DNA of 64,000 nt from assembly GCF_032062105.1 (NCBI RefSeq), contig NW_026931011.1:248001-312000 (forward strand). Direction: 5' to 3'. Positions 1 through 14,394 of the stretch are shown piece after piece. The DNA is from Saccostrea cucullata (Eukaryota). The notes beneath the pieces are model-generated. The model had not been told where the DNA came from. It saw nothing but the letters and a program-made list of their open reading frames with translations, and searched no databases. Positions within the stretch are counted from its first letter, which is position 1. Every line of letters begins with the position of its first letter. Both the position numbers and the translations under genes were made by a program.

Positions 1-624
1 AATAGGATGAAACTTAACCTTAAACAGAGGAATTTCAACAAGATTTTCTTAAATGTAACACCAATTGACTTAAACAATGAAAAAATAATGACAAGCTATT
101 TGACTTAAATCCTAGGATGTCAATAGCATCTGCCAATATCAAGGTGATGTAACACCAAGGATCTTGTATATGGAAAGTGCAATCTGGGTTTCCCAAAATA
201 GTTGCATTATCAAAATGAGGGAGAAAAATAAAGTACATTGACAAACTTGTTAAACAAACTTCTGACCCTTGTGAATAAACTAGCATTAGTGTTTTAACAC
301 CGCCTCAAACTACCTCAAGTACAGGTTACGGACACTACAGGGTTTTGTAGTGTCCGTAACCACATTTGTGATGATAACAGTGAAACAGTGGTGATGATCA
401 GGAAGATAACAACACATCTCGGCATTTATATGAGATGCCTATCTAAGAAATTAGTTAAGATATTTATAGAGCCTTCCAATTTCACAGAATTTAAGTGGTT
501 ACGGACACTACAGTTTTTTTGTAAAATCTTAATATTCCACATTAAAACATGATGAAATTTCTTTACAATTGCTACATTCCACCAATGTGGTATTCTTAAT
601 TCGCCCTATATAGGCTATATTGTG

Positions 625-860
625 TTTCACCCGAGTTGATCCTTTTGCGGCGGGTTCGAACCTCGCTGTGGAACGTGCAGACCGGTCCTCCGGATGAGAC
701 GGTAAGAACCGAGGTCTTGTGTCGCAGAAGGTGATGGCACGAAAAAGATTCCTAACTGCTCAATGGCCGAGTATATTGGGCAGGATTGCAGCTCTTCATC
801 GGCAAGTGGTGGCGTCTGCATATGAAAAATTCTCGAGAGAGACGTTAAGCAATATACAAA
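625..860 (+). mobile_element. tRNA-derived SINE with Deu/Nin-type core (5'-degraded)
   Basis: B-box-like GGTTCGAACC at ~653, followed by CGGATGAGACG...AACCGAGGTC...GGCACGAAAAAGATTCC, which resembles the conserved Deu/Nin SINE central domain. Tail ends gacgttaagcaatatacaaa. Confidence 0.65.
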
Positions 861-1695
861 GACACATTTATTACTGATAAGCTGTAAAAAAAAAAATAGA
901 TAAATAAATTTTGACTTCTTGAAAGATTTTTAAAAACCCTATAGTCTGACAATCAAGACATCTTAAAAAAAGCACAATGCTTTAATGTTAAGATCTTGGA
1001 ATTTTTTCACTTTGACACTATCTTTAGGTTTACAGACATATTTTTCTTAAAGAAGTAATTTTTATCGTCAAGAAAGCTTTAAACACTTCATGCCAAAGAA
1101 CTCCGATTGTAATGCAGGTTTTATGCAGGTTTTAGAGTGATCTGCCCTTATGGAGTGACAGAATGTATAATAGATTCTCAGCATTATATTAGATCATAGA
1201 CCTTAGATCACGACAAGATAAAGTAACTAGACACAGTATTTATATATACATGTATATATGAACATACTTCATTATAATGCTGGATGCTGAGTTCAGTTAA
1301 AAAGTTGTTTTTTTTTTAATCCTTGTGCCATATTGATTTCATGCAAAGAAATACATTTCGTGTTTGTGATGATTTTCTAGATTTCGCTACAAATGTTTCA
1401 GGAACGATTTTTTAGGATGCATATGGTTCTGTAAATCAATGCGTCCTTGGAGACCGAGAAAACGTAGGAGAGCGACAGATCGACCGCTCGCGAACCAGGG
1501 AGCACGAAAATATATACTCCCAACAGTATTACAATGAAGCGATATTGCGACGCTAGAGAGCATCATTATTTCACTTTTTGGGAAATATTAAGTATAGAAT
1601 TATTAATTCAAAACAAAGAAGATTATTGTAATGACCGTTGCTTTTTGATATGTTTTAATGAATGATTTATTATTAATCATTTTATTACAAAAAAA

Positions 1696-2707
1696 TAGGG
1701 ATGTCAACGAGTACCCGGTTAACCGGGTACTCGATCGAACGTCCGAGTATCGAATACTAAAATCGGTATTCGGTTACTCGGATGTATATTTTCAAATATT
1801 TCTAAGCTTATTTATTAATGCACTAAACAATCTGTTTTAAAACGTAAAATACTCATTGCACTTGTACATAAAGTAATTAGGGTTTTAAATGTTATCGCCC
1901 GTGGCAGTGTTTATATAGTAATTATCGTGACCAAGCACCTGTTACCTGGCTTTTCTCACCTTCGACTGTCTTCTACCCTTTTTTTGACTTTCTTTAATTA
2001 TTTGTTTACACTGAACATCGTTTAAGTTCTGTTATGATTAAATAAATTAGATAATTTTGTCAATTCTCCGAGAAGCCGTAAATTCTCGGGAAAAGAGACA
2101 GATGATATTACACGCGCGACTGTTGATATGGTTGTGTTTGATTACATGCCAATACATGTACAAATAGTTGAAGGCAAAGACTTTAAAAAAACGTATGTCC
2201 ATCGTTGCACCAAACTACAAAATACCGTCCTGTGATACTATAAAATCTAGGATCGAAAAGTATACGAAAATCGTAAATCGGCTCTGTTAGAACTTGGTCA
2301 AGTTCAAGTCAAACTGTACGACTGATATATACCTTGACGTCAAATGCAACAAAGAGTTACATGACAATTACGGAGTAGATTATATTTTTTTAAACAAAAA
2401 CACCATGAACCACTTACGATTTTATGTCTTGTGTTTATCTGATAAATAGATTGAACTTTAAAAAATGTATTAAATTTCGTCGGGCACGAAGTTCTCATCA
2501 TCGTAATGTTAGAACAGAAATGCATTTACGTGTAAACCTCCTATCAGAGCATGTGGTTTTATTTCTACAAGTGTTTACAATGTTTTACATTCATCAATTT
2601 ACTTATTCATACTTATTTATATTACACTTTTACCGAGTACCCGGGTACTCGATCGGAAAAACGTCCGAGTAACCGAGTATTAAAAATTGACCGATTTGAC
2701 ATCCCTA
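1696..2707. mobile_element. Non-autonomous hAT DNA transposon with decayed transposase remnant
   Basis: TIRs TAGGGATGTCAA / TTGACATCCCTA and an 8-bp TSD CAAAAAAA on both sides. Subterminal repeats (gagtacccgg, ccgagta). Internal frameshifted remnant ~2120-2330 (DMVVFDYMP..IVEGKDFK..APNYKIPSCDTIKSRI) typical of hAT transposases. Confidence 0.85.
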
Positions 2708-3989
2708 CAAAAAAAAAAATCATTTTTATAATCAAGAAAATTCTGAAGATTGTTTTATGAACATTCCAATGAAGCAATTCTGGTTTGAATTAATAATTTA
2801 GATGCAACTGGACCAAACCCTAACCCTAGACCCCTTGCTCTTACCCTAACTCTTACTCTATCAAAATGACGGCTCAAAGAGTTTACGGCTCCTAGCTAAA
2901 ATCAAAAGCCATCAATCAAGAGAATCAAAATTTTTGCTTTTCTTTTTATAAATTGATTTTCAGTCCTTCTCGCCTAGTTTGCACAATTTGAATATGATAA
3001 AGCTTTAATTTTAGGTAGTATATATTAACGCTAGACTCCATTTGTGACAGCTTCAACTCTTGAGGAGTGGTCCCTAATTTGTAGCCAACACTCCCCACAC
3101 TGAAATTAATTGTAATCATCAAAACTTGCAAGTTACAGCGATATAATTAAGGTTATAAGAAAAACCAACAAAAAAGCTGACGTATGACGAAGATCACAGC
3201 CCCTCAAAGGTCACGGTTTGCTGGAATCGGTCATTTACCAATGGTTATCCAGAACTAGAAATAACATGGCTATTGAACTGCTTATAGAAAAAGCAATATT
3301 TCACCATATTCAGTAAGTGGTATTGAAAGACGGTAATGTTTCAGCAACAATTTTAGTTACAAATTACATTAGTCAATGTTCCATATCTCAATATCCTTAG
3401 AATGGCCGGTGAATTCGTTCATTGTCATAAATGTCCAAAGCTTTTATTACTCAGTGGGTTTCCGAATCAGTGACATTCTAATCTTTCGGAAATTAAAACA
3501 ACAGACCCATGGACTACCACGCTCACCTGAGTCAGTATTGCCCTTGTTGGTTTTAATCAGCATTTTCTATGTACACCTTAGATGCTTCCATATGAATACC
3601 GGTATATTACTAATCGTGCCTTTGATGTTCTTTAGAAGGTTTTTTTTTTCATTTTCACCCAATACATGTATATATTCCTATGTACAACCTTTTAACGTAA
3701 CATATATTATGGCTCCGCCTTACCTATAGGTGTCATGAACTTGAATCTACCCTACCTCGGTCTACCCGAGGATTTTTCCAAATATAAGACTTACCATACA
3801 TGGCTTTGAGGTTCTTGAGAAAGTTTCTACCAAAAAAATTATCAGAGAATACTTCTGTCATGTTGTAATTTTTGATTTTACCGGTTGGTATACATGTACG
3901 TATAGAAAAAACATAAAAAATACAATTTTCATCAAAAATTACAATCAATATGACATTTCGATATAAATAAGTTTATGAGTAATCATGGT

Positions 3990-4445
3990 CTTGCTGTTCT
4001 TGAGAAATGTTTTTTTTTTTATTTACTTCTTACGTAAAACTTCTATACCTATATCGTGCTTTCATCATACCCTGGGAATTATGATCTTAACAAACTCGAA
4101 TCTAAACTAGTATATAATGAAGTTAAATTATAAGTTTCATTAATATTTTCTGATCCAGTGGTTCTTAAGAGAAATTTTAAAAGATGCTTTAATTTTTCAC
4201 TTATTTTTTTATGATCTATGGAAAGAGGACAACGCCAATTTGTTTGATCAGACAAGTAGTTGCATTGCTTTAACCAAGGATGTTTTGTGGCAAAGGACTA
4301 TATATGATAAGAGCCAATTTTGGCCCCCTAAACACTGATCCAGTGTTCTTGAGAAGTAAAAAATGTGAAAAATGTACAAAAACATAGACATCTGGACAGA
4401 CAGACGGACCAAATCTAATCGAAGAAAAGTTCACTTGAGCTATGA
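3990..4445 (+). mobile_element. Degraded Helentron/pearl-like element with Cg170-like unit
   Basis: Decayed copy of the 28185-29485 element: aacaaactcgaatcta, ccagtggttcttaaga, ggacagacagacggac, aaagttcacttgagc. Confidence 0.55.
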
Positions 4446-5272
4446 AAAGTATTCACATCTGTCTTTTTTTTTTAATAAAAAAAAAGTTCCCTTACAATTG
4501 GAATGTAGTTCATTAGTTCGGTAATGTCAGCGGTTCTACGCCGCCGAAAGTATTGAAAATATACAACCGTCTAGAACAGTCGGTTATAACTGCCCAGAAT
4601 GGACAAGTTTAAGAGAATTAAAAAAATACATAAAGAACACGTGGTGAAAATTCCATCTTTTTTTCTAATATAACTTTGCTAAACCTTAATCAGGGACGTC
4701 TATAGGAAACTCAATTTTCCAAGTTTATTTTCAGAGCAAGTAAATTGCCATGACAACATACACTATGGCTTTATACAATTGAATTTGGAAGGTTGTATAT
4801 CGACTTTGATGAATATACACCGTAATTGACGTTGATGTAATAGATAAAGAGTGAATTTATAAGCCCCATGTATACACCAGTATCGATTAATCCTGTTTAA
4901 TTATCATTTTCAAATTCAGCTGACTTTTTGTTGTAATCTTGGGATTGATTGGGGCACCTTCTATCTTCTTCGCAAGTTATAAAGTTCTTTCAGTAATTTT
5001 CTAATTTTTAAATTTTCCCCCGTAATTTAACGTTTTTATTCTCCAACTATTTAAAAATGGTATATATATCATGTATATATGACAAACATTACGCGCTAAT
5101 GTTCGAAACTATGGGATAAATTGTTTTCTCAAACAAATTTTTGTTTTCTCTTATCAGGTTCACAATTCAACCTTTAGACCTCTGCTTAATTCAAATGTAA
5201 ATCTAGAACTAAAAATAACTGTTTACTTTGCACGTCAAGTTTAGACATAAACCACGTTTGTTACAAAAATAC

Positions 5273-6106
5273 TTAATAAAAGGAACCGTCTTTATCATCT
5301 ATATCAGTCAACCATTGTCGGATTCGACCTTCTTTCATTTCCGAGTCATCGGTTACCATAGTTATAAGATTAGGTGAAGAATTTTCATTAGAATTGGCGA
5401 CAGAGAAGCGTGACATCTGCTCTTGAACTTCCCGTGGTGTGACGTAATCACCCAAACTGTCGTCCATACTGTCACTCCCTACCTCACTTGTTCTCTGGCT
5501 TTCCGATTGAAAGTTACTGAAAGACTTGGTGCTTCTTTGGACAGCATTTTCCACACACTCCTTTTGATTCTTCTCTGGGTTCGAAGCATACCGCCGTAGA
5601 TAGTTTTGTTTTTGTTTAATATGTTCCAGTTTGTCCGAGAATTGTGTGCTGTCGGACGAGGAGTCGTTAGATATGAGTCCTATACTCCGGGCTGTACATT
5701 CACTTGTCAGTGATAGTGTACTCCCGATCTTGTTTCCCGGTCCCAGGGTGTTGGAAGACTTCCGAGAAACCATGGTTTCCGTCCATGATTGTTCCATATC
5801 ATCTTGGTCAAACTGAAACACTTGACGTCTCTGGAGTCGAGGTGAGCAATATAGGTCAAGAGTGGAACGGGAACTAGACTCACTTCCGTCCGATGACGGG
5901 AAATTAGTACTTCCGGTGCGCTTCTGTAACTGATTTCCTTCATTGGCGATTGCTAGCTCCCCAGCAGAGTGCGAATGAGGGATCGTGCCTCCCGTAGTTT
6001 CAGGTCCGTGCGGCTCAGAGGTTTCGAACACAATTTTCGGAACAGCTGGAATAAACAAAGATTGGATGCCCTTCCGGTCTACTGAAATTCTTCTCGTTTT
6101 CTCCAT
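5273..6106 (-). CDS. Uncharacterised Ser-rich, probably disordered protein (277 aa from first ATG, single coding exon)
   Basis: 283-codon ORF with higher GC than its flanks. First ATG at 6106 (MEKTRRISVDRK...). A likely 5'UTR intron has its acceptor at ~6601 (tcttttgcag on -). No family recognised. Confidence 0.65.
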   Translation of the reverse strand: MEKTRRISVDRKGIQSLFIPAVPKIVFETSEPHGPETTGGTIPHSHSAGELAIANEGNQLQKRTGSTNFPSSDGSESSSRSTLDLYCSPRLQRRQVFQFDQDDMEQSWTETMVSRKSSNTLGPGNKIGSTLSLTSECTARSIGLISNDSSSDSTQFSDKLEHIKQKQNYLRRYASNPEKNQKECVENAVQRSTKSFSNFQSESQRTSEVGSDSMDDSLGDYVTPREVQEQMSRFSVANSNENSSPNLITMVTDDSEMKEGRIRQWLTDIDDKDGSFY

Positions 6107-8553
6107 AACAGAAAGGAAACTCAAGAAATATATGCCGTGTTCTCATGCTAGTCAAAAGACAATTATCGTAAGTGAGCAGATCACTTTACATCAGCACATG
6201 TTCTATTTGCATGGAGGACTTTGAACAAGAAAAAGTTTTAGTTCACATCGATTTCAAGTAAAGGATCCCGTAGATATACGTCAATCTCTACAATCAATGC
6301 AAACCGTCAATATTCCTTCTTTAGTCTTGAACTGAATATGAAAATTAATGAGCAATCAACACGATCCGAAGATGGCATCCAATTCCTACACAAAAATCAC
6401 TCGATAACACACGAGAATTACTCAGAGAGCCTTAAAGTTGACGAGATGAATTAGCAGCACATTGAAATTCACAAACGTGGAATACGGGATCAATGATTAT
6501 AGACATTAACAAAATTTATCGCTACAGTCTTCCTTCTTCGGCTTCCTTCCTATTGATCAAATGAACATCCCTGACTCTCTCTCCTTCACTAGGGATATTT
6601 CTGCAAAAGAAACAGAAGTAAATCCCAATTAGGTTGTTTTCTATATCGGAGAAATAGTTTTCTTTTGCTTGCTAATACTCTGCACAATGCAGAAATGATT
6701 ACTCGTTTAGAAAGGTAACGAACTCCCTCGGGACCGGATCGATGATAGCCAGCCAAGAGAGGAATTTTAAAGTCATCAGAATCCAGATTGATTGAATGCT
6801 CTTCTGCTTCAGTCGTCCGTCAAGTTTTGAAGAATCAAAGGTTTTTTATGCATTATTTTTTATCATTATAAAGCAACAAAAAAAACCCCCAAAAGTCAGG
6901 GTTATTTTGATCACGCTATTTTCAGGATTTGGTCTCATTTTCCGCGGATTAAACAGGAATTTTGCATGTCTTGATACAATGAAATCTGAGTCGGCATAAT
7001 TCAGGATTTGTAAAGACGGTCTTACTTTAGATCTAGCTTGGTTTACTTGAGTAGCATTTAATTTTCAGTTCTTTCTATTTAAGCAACAGCTATACAAAGC
7101 ATGCCGTGGTCGTCATCTCTATAGAATTTTTTCTTCATTTTTACTAATGTACATGTATTTCAAAGCAAAAATGTCAAATCATCTTTTATATGGCTTTTAA
7201 CTTATGAGTAAAATCCCTAATTCCCAAATAAAGAAACTGGACATTTCAGAAAATTTTCGACGTTTAAAACAAAAAAAAATCGACGTCAAATGTTGGACCG
7301 CAAGACTCTCAAAAAAAAATATCGATTTACAATATCAATACTGCTGACTCGCGATTATTTTGCAATATGCCTTTATGCAATTTTTCCCTGAATCATCCAT
7401 TTGTTATGAAATTTTTATACCTGATATTGACTTACTGCATTGTCTGTACAAATCCTCCGCTACGAATTCTCCTAAAAAAACTGCATAAATCGCTTCTTGA
7501 ATTACTATTGTATCCTTTTGCAAAATCCCAACCTGCAGTTTAACTAATAGCTATTTACAATCGCTCTACTGATATATATCAATGTTATATTTATGAAGTA
7601 AAGTGTAAACTTCCGTGTGAAAAGCATGGATAGAAGTATTTCCTTTTTTGTGCGTCATTGTAACAGAAAGTCCTGGCTGGAAGCTAATGTTATGTCTTCT
7701 GGCAGTCTTATTGAGACATTGATTATTCATTATCTCTCCAGCCAGCCCCCCTCATTTAAAACTAAAATAAAAACACCACAAATCCTTTGTGTACCGGGAC
7801 TCTGATGTAGATTTTAATGCTCCCAAAGGTTCCATTCCTTTCTACCAAACGATAGAATCGAAGAAGCCTATATAATACGACAGTTTAAAAGGTTTTAAGA
7901 GTTGAATAACGTGCAAAGCTGTTGCTAGTCCGAAATAAGTAGCTAAATATTGTACAGTCTTCGTCCTGTATCTGAGTATGAATGCTAAAAGACTGAATTA
8001 AAATGCTAAAAGTGCTAAGAATGGTTTAGGAAAAAAGAATTGGAGATGAAATGCAGAAAAAAAAGCCGTTGAAACCACGGCCAGTTCACTAGGAGCATTT
8101 GTATCACAGAATCCTTCTGCACTATCACCAAACATTGTTAAAATCTTCATGTAATTAAAATTGTTGGAATAAACTGTGCAAAACTGTGCTGTACACATTG
8201 TTCTATACCATGTAGTTTTTTTCATGTCGATGTTATGATAATCAGAATATATATTTCGGGAAACATAAAATGGTCAAAATTTGCGGTCTGATGTCTATTT
8301 CTGTCTTGTGCTGAAGATTTTATGCAATAATAAAAAGGCTGTATTGTTTCTTTCCCTAAGGAAGACAGAAGGACGCAATCTACACATTCAATCGTAACTT
8401 TATTTCCTAAAATACTTTTACAACGAAAATTTCAAAAATACATTTATATCTAATTCATCGTTATCACGTAATGGTGAGAACTGCGCCTGCTGTAAATGAT
8501 CCGTTAGCTAGCTCCTCGATCATCTGACAGACTATATAGTTGGCTTCGCTGGA

Positions 8554-11500
8554 TCATCCCTGGACAAGGCCTGGTTTGACCAAGTGAATGGCCATCAGTG
8601 CAGTAGCTACACCGTATATTAGTCCGGCGATGACAGCCAGCGCGAATGACCACGAGAGGGCGCTTCCATTCGCGCCATAAATAATCACACCTAGGAGAGT
8701 AGACCCCGCTGAAAAATTGAAGAAACATTGTATTTTTTAATCGTGAAATGTAGATGATTTTTTCTTCAAAAAGACAAATAGTCAAATAAAAATGTCATTT
8801 ACTGATTTTTATCTTAACAGATAAAAATACTTTTAACGACAAAGGATAAAAACTCAGAAGAAAATTTTAATGTTTTTGTTGAATGACCACATAGCTAAAT
8901 AATTTAAGTTTGGTTGTAACGCGTCATTTGATTGGATAAAAAATTAGTTTATATCGTATAACCTGTGTTGCCTAGGTCACAATGCCTTACGTCAAAGACT
9001 TGTTAATAATCTGTTTGACGTGCTCACTCTGAAGGCATTTTTGGAGAAAATTTTGAATTAATTTAATTTCAAAACTTCAAAATGGAAAATTAATTTATAA
9101 GGAATGACTTTAATGGGTATTCAGGTTATTCTGGTATATCCTGGTTTGGATCAGTTTACGCTTTTTTATAAGCCGTTTCGCTATTTTTGGTTTTTGATAT
9201 GAAATGGGCCTAAAGCTTCTATTATATGACTTACGTATTCTGCTCAATACTTAAAAATGACTGATATTAAAGTACAAGATCAAATATTTAAAATTTCCTT
9301 AATTTGATTTATATTCCACGTACCTAGTGTTATAAATAAGCCCGAACACCAGTTGTGTTGGAATTAATTCATATCTGGAATTTTTCGGAAAATGTATTAA
9401 TTTCCTTCCATTTTCAGAAAATTCCTAAAACGAAAACACTCAAATTTCCTGAAGTCAATAAAAATTGAAATTCTGGTGTCGTTTCACTTGTACTGCGTAT
9501 ATGTACATCTGGTACATGTATAATTAGCTGCAATAATGTAGCCCTCTCCGATTTTTTTTATCTGATGTTTTCTGGAGAGGGCTACAATGCCGCAGAATCT
9601 CCGTAATGGTGCAAATATATTTACGGGTGATTACAGGCAAAATTAATTGTTTTTACATTCAACTTACTTCTAATACATGTAAGTCGGCATCTTTATCATC
9701 GTCAATAAACCCACTCTCCGATTTTTTTTACGATGTTTTTCCTCTCTCCATCTCGTGATGGGAGAGATAACGAAGCAAAATTAATCATTCAACGTGGGTT
9801 TACATGTAATCGGCATCTTTATTCACTTTCAAAAACATAGCCCCACAAACGCGAAAACCATGTGAAATAAATCTGCGTGTTTTCCAGTCGCTCTACTCAG
9901 CAACCATGACAGTTCACGTTTGATGTGCGGAGACTTGCGCTTGAAATTTAGAATAACTCAATAAAGCAAATGTCGGTGTTTATAAATAATTGTAATGAAT
10001 AGCATCACTAAACATTGATAAATAAAACCATTCCATGTATTATTTTTTCGTAAACAGCGACATTTATGCTTAAGGGAATTCCCAAAAGATCCGCTCCTGC
10101 AGATCCTAAATTCTCATTGGCTGTCTCAAAATAAAATCTATCAAGGTCAGTAAACATGGCGGATAAATTCAAATTGTGATGTTGACATACACGAAAAATA
10201 ACCGATATATAGATCGTTCTGTATATTTTTGGATCGATTTATGTCTTGCATAACTACATTTTGGGATTCCAGGTAAGAAATTTTAATAAAATAGACAATT
10301 TGACCTGAAATCTGTGCGGTAGTGAATCACTCCCGCACTTGCACCATTCCGGAGATCCTAAGGAGTTGTAGCCCCCCCCCCCCCCCCCAAAAAAAAGGGG
10401 GGGGGGGAGGGCAAAATTACTGCAGTTAATGAATAATGTAACCGCACGGCAAATACAATTCAAATATCTTCGCAAAGAATAAAGTTCTATGGGTTATTTT
10501 GTCTCCTACACATTTTGTAGACATACTCTTTTCACAGCTCAAATTATAATATTTTAAGGTAATTTTGAAAGAAATCAAAGATTTGGAAAAAATCTGTCTT
10601 TCCTGATTTTGAGCATAACATATTTTATTCCATTTGAGTGTTAATTTTTATCCTTATACAAAATATGATTCAATATTTATTACATTTACATGTTTTTCTG
10701 CATGTCAGAACTTTTGCGAAAACATCCCAAAACAAATGTCCTATTTTTGCGACAGCTTCATCTATCTATGTATGTATACCGTATTTAACGCAAATTAATT
10801 TTTTCAATCCAAAAAACATTCTTTATGCTTGCAAAGAAAGCAAAAATTTGACTATCGCGAATATAACCATAATTTACTACATTTTTCATTCAATGTACTC
10901 TAACCAATTGCTGTTTTTTCTCTGCACTATACCCCAACTTAACCTCAACTTCGGCAATCAATAATATGACGTTACCTATTCCCCGCAAGCACTTCATAGC
11001 ACATCAAGTTACAAATTTCTCTCTAAAATTTAGCTTAGTAATTATGACGTAATATGTTTTTTCTTACTTTATGAAATTTTAGTTAGTTTAAAGAATAGAA
11101 GGGAATTTGCATTAAATTGAAGATTATAAATGTACTTTTGAAAGTGGGTGAAAAATAAGTGATTGCAGGGAAACGGTATAAGCGTGATTTTGCGTTAGAA
11201 ATAGGAAATGGTATATGGGTTAAAAATAATGCATGACTGCGGGGAATGGGGTTAACCCGTCTTCCACGCCACGCATTTGTAGTAGTATTTTGTACCTGCA
11301 ATCCCTACTGCCACAAGACTAATGATGAACAGAACTCGATTTCCCGCTGTTTTGTCTATGAATATATATAGGATGATCAGGATTAGTCCCACAAATCCAC
11401 CAATCAGGCCGATTGTCTCAAAAGCTTGGGTAGCTCCAAACCAACCTATCAAAATAAAAGTCATCATTGAACACAACCAATGAAATTAACGATAGAAAAA

Positions 11501-13879
11501 AGTCGTCATATAGTGCAAGTCTCTGTTATCCTATAGGACTTACAGTAAGGCGTGGTATTCACTGCTGAAATATACACTCGGGCTAATGTCAACGAGTGTA
11601 GCAATGATCCAGTATTTCGTACGGCAAAGAGATGGGGCTTAAGTCGTCTCATCGTTGTCAACAACAGTTTAAAGTTGCTGATGTTATTAATTTCTTAACC
11701 AATGAGAATCTATTCGCCATTTGAGTGACGCTAATTAGGGGTGTCGAGAAAGTCACGCCCTACTGAGAGTCCAAGGTTAACTGAGAATTGTACTAAGATA
11801 CAACCTATCTCAATAACGATACAGTTGTCAAAGGAAAACATCGTTTGCACCTATCAAACTGTTTTCCAGCTATTTCTACAAAACGTGCTGTGATGCAAAA
11901 ATGTATTTAGTGTATATTCGATGAGATGCATATGTTATCTCCCACGAAACTTAATTCCCGCTATCGATGAAATTGTAATATATCAAAATGCTGGGTATCT
12001 CCAAACCAACCGATTAAAAAACGTAGCATCATTCATTCAAAATGTCTGAGCGGATTCAATACAAGTTGAATTGAAAAAAAAACAGTGGAGTTCTATAAAT
12101 GTTAAAAAGCGATCAAAAAATAAAATAAAATCAATGTTGTACCGCTGAGTGAGATTTTGGACTACCGGTATTTTTATCGATGAGATACTGGACCGCTATG
12201 ACGCTTTTTACGTCACACTGTAAGATGTATACATATCAATCATCGTGATCAAGGAAGCTAGTGCAAGATAAGTCAAAATAATAAGGTATAACAAAACATG
12301 CATTGACTGGACAATCGCAAAATGCGTTTTGTTGACCATTCAAACCAAACTGGTTGTTCTTGGATCAAACAAAATGCATGTTGCCCTCGAACTGATGTCA
12401 CGCAATTATGTCAACTGGCCAACAGATACCCCCAAATCAAATATATCAAAACAAGGAATGAATGAAAATTTTTGTGTGTGTCATCATCCAAGCAATCCTA
12501 CATTAAAAAGAAAGAATTCAGCAACAACTCATGGATAACTCATGAGGCAAATATTTTTGGGTTACAATCTGAAAAATGAAGTCAGTGGATGAATTCTGCT
12601 AAGTAGTCTCCGTTTCGAAAAATACTCGAAAAAGTAACGTGTAAATACATGCACTGGGTAACTTAAACGATTCTGTTTTATTTCTAATGTTTATGATGGG
12701 GGATATTAATGTCACCTTCAAAATCCTGAAGTGACTGCCTGCAGACTAACTGAAAAAGGTACATGCGTTTCTATAAATCGCTTAGAAAAAAAGCGTCAGT
12801 TACGCCTTTATGTGTCCCTTTCTACATTTCTGACACACACACATTTATAAAAACATTTGTTACAATGTTCAGAGTAAGTAACAAACTAAAATGTGCAATA
12901 TATGTAGATTTGCATTTCTTAAAGAACGACCAAATGTCATGAACATTTTTTTCAGATGTAGGATAAAGCAATTTGCTGTCTGGTCGAATTCTCTTAACAC
13001 GAAAAGAGATAATATCACTATATATTGTATGCAAATCTCGTTTGTCATCTACGTTATAAATATCAAGAAAAGGTGACGCTATACAAAAAATAATAAGTAA
13101 CATGTGTCTTACAAGAAGACTTTTCAGTGGTGTTTTAAAAACCTTAGTTCTTTGTCTTTACTTAGAACCTTTCAACATACATGCTGACGCTCAGTGCAAT
13201 GACAAAGGAAAGAAGATTTTCTCCCCTCCTCTACACACGCCTACATGCGTGCACGCTCATCAGAAAGATATGAGATGTTTCTTAAGGCTGTATGTACAAA
13301 TCATTTGTTATCCTTCCAGCTGGCTTTGTAATTAAACATGATCGCCCTACTTAATTCGCCCTTTTTTCTTCTGTGGAAATTTGTCTTCTTCTACACACAT
13401 TAAATTGTAAGCAACATTAATTATCATTCCTGAGCATAAAATATGAATATGATATATTCAAGCGTGGTTGGATTGGTTGTATGATTTTCTCATTTAACAA
13501 TTATCATAAAAAGATACAAAATTTTAAACAGAATGATGAAAGCAACAAATACCTTCTGATAAAGCCATATAGAAAGAAGCAACTGTATACATGTATATAT
13601 ATAAGACAAATTTTAAAACAAAACTGAGTGATATTAACAAACCACTATTTCAAGAAGAATCGCGTTATAAAGCTTTTAAACATATATACCGGAACCCGAG
13701 GATACGGAGTAACAGTAAGGCTGACAAATCTTCCAGAGTCCCCAGTGATGGGAGTATACGTATCCGGTCCAATTACTCCAGTAGGCCGTGGAAAATCCCA
13801 CCAGGTGGAACAACACGGCAACAATGACACAGATAAAGGAAATCTTCACCACTAAACTAGAGCTCCCGAATCCCGCCAT
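8554..13879 (-). CDS. Claudin/PMP22/EMP-family tetraspan protein, isoform with proximal first exon (164 aa)
   Basis: Exons 13879-13690, 11445-11296 and 8708-8554, joined by phase-1 GT-AG introns (495 nt). W-x-GLW-x2-C-x-C claudin ECL1 motif, WFGATQAFE at TM2, LSWSFALAV before TM4, four hydrophobic segments. Confidence 0.9.
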
Positions 13880-14074
13880 CTTCCCGTCAACACGAACCAG
13901 TTGTGTTTATTTGTGAGTAAGGAGGTTAACACTGGGTACCCCCAAGGGATAATAGAAAAACCCGCATCTAAAATTGGAGTAAGCATGGTAAGCGCGAGAT
14001 TTCATCGCGGACTAATGCAGAAACTGTATTCCAAGAATTCCATTCGACTTTTCTCTGGTCCCCTCTATGCTTAA

Positions 14075-14394
14075 GGTCAGACGACACGATCTTCAAAAAT
14101 ATATAATTTTTCCTAAGAATTTGTCACTGAAGTATAGTTACTAAAACAGATTTCCTCACAAAAAATTGAGGTACCTTACCAGGCATTTGGACAAGATACC
14201 AGAGGGTGACGTTTCTAATATAATCCTTATGGGTAATTTTTTGAAACTCCTAAATCACAATTTTTGTGTACTTAAATTTAAAAACATGTTGAAAACAGTA
14301 TACAGAAATCACAAGAGAATGACAATAATGAATAAATTTGGATATGATATTAAGAGATTAAAACATGTATATTTGAGGAACGTGTCGTCTGACC
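14075..14394. mobile_element. MITE, Kolobok-like (TTAA target)
   Basis: TTAA-GGTCAGACGACACG ... CGTGTCGTCTGACC-TTAA perfect 14-bp TIRs. Confidence 0.8.

Noticed and set aside
365-400. Two GTGATGA box C-like motifs
   Set aside because: No matching box D or terminal stem. They lie within a repeat-like region with ggttacggacactac motifs.
690-745. Hammerhead-ribozyme-like CGGATGAG...GAAA
   Set aside because: The core is CGGATGA rather than CTGATGA, I could not build the three stems, and the sequence is explained by the SINE core.
2815-2855. Telomere-like aaccct repeats
   Set aside because: Only 2-3 degenerate units, probably part of a dispersed repeat.
8504-8785. 93-aa Cys-containing ORF in the track
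   Set aside because: Wrong frame. The overlapping phase-1 frame encodes TM3-TM4 of the claudin-like protein.
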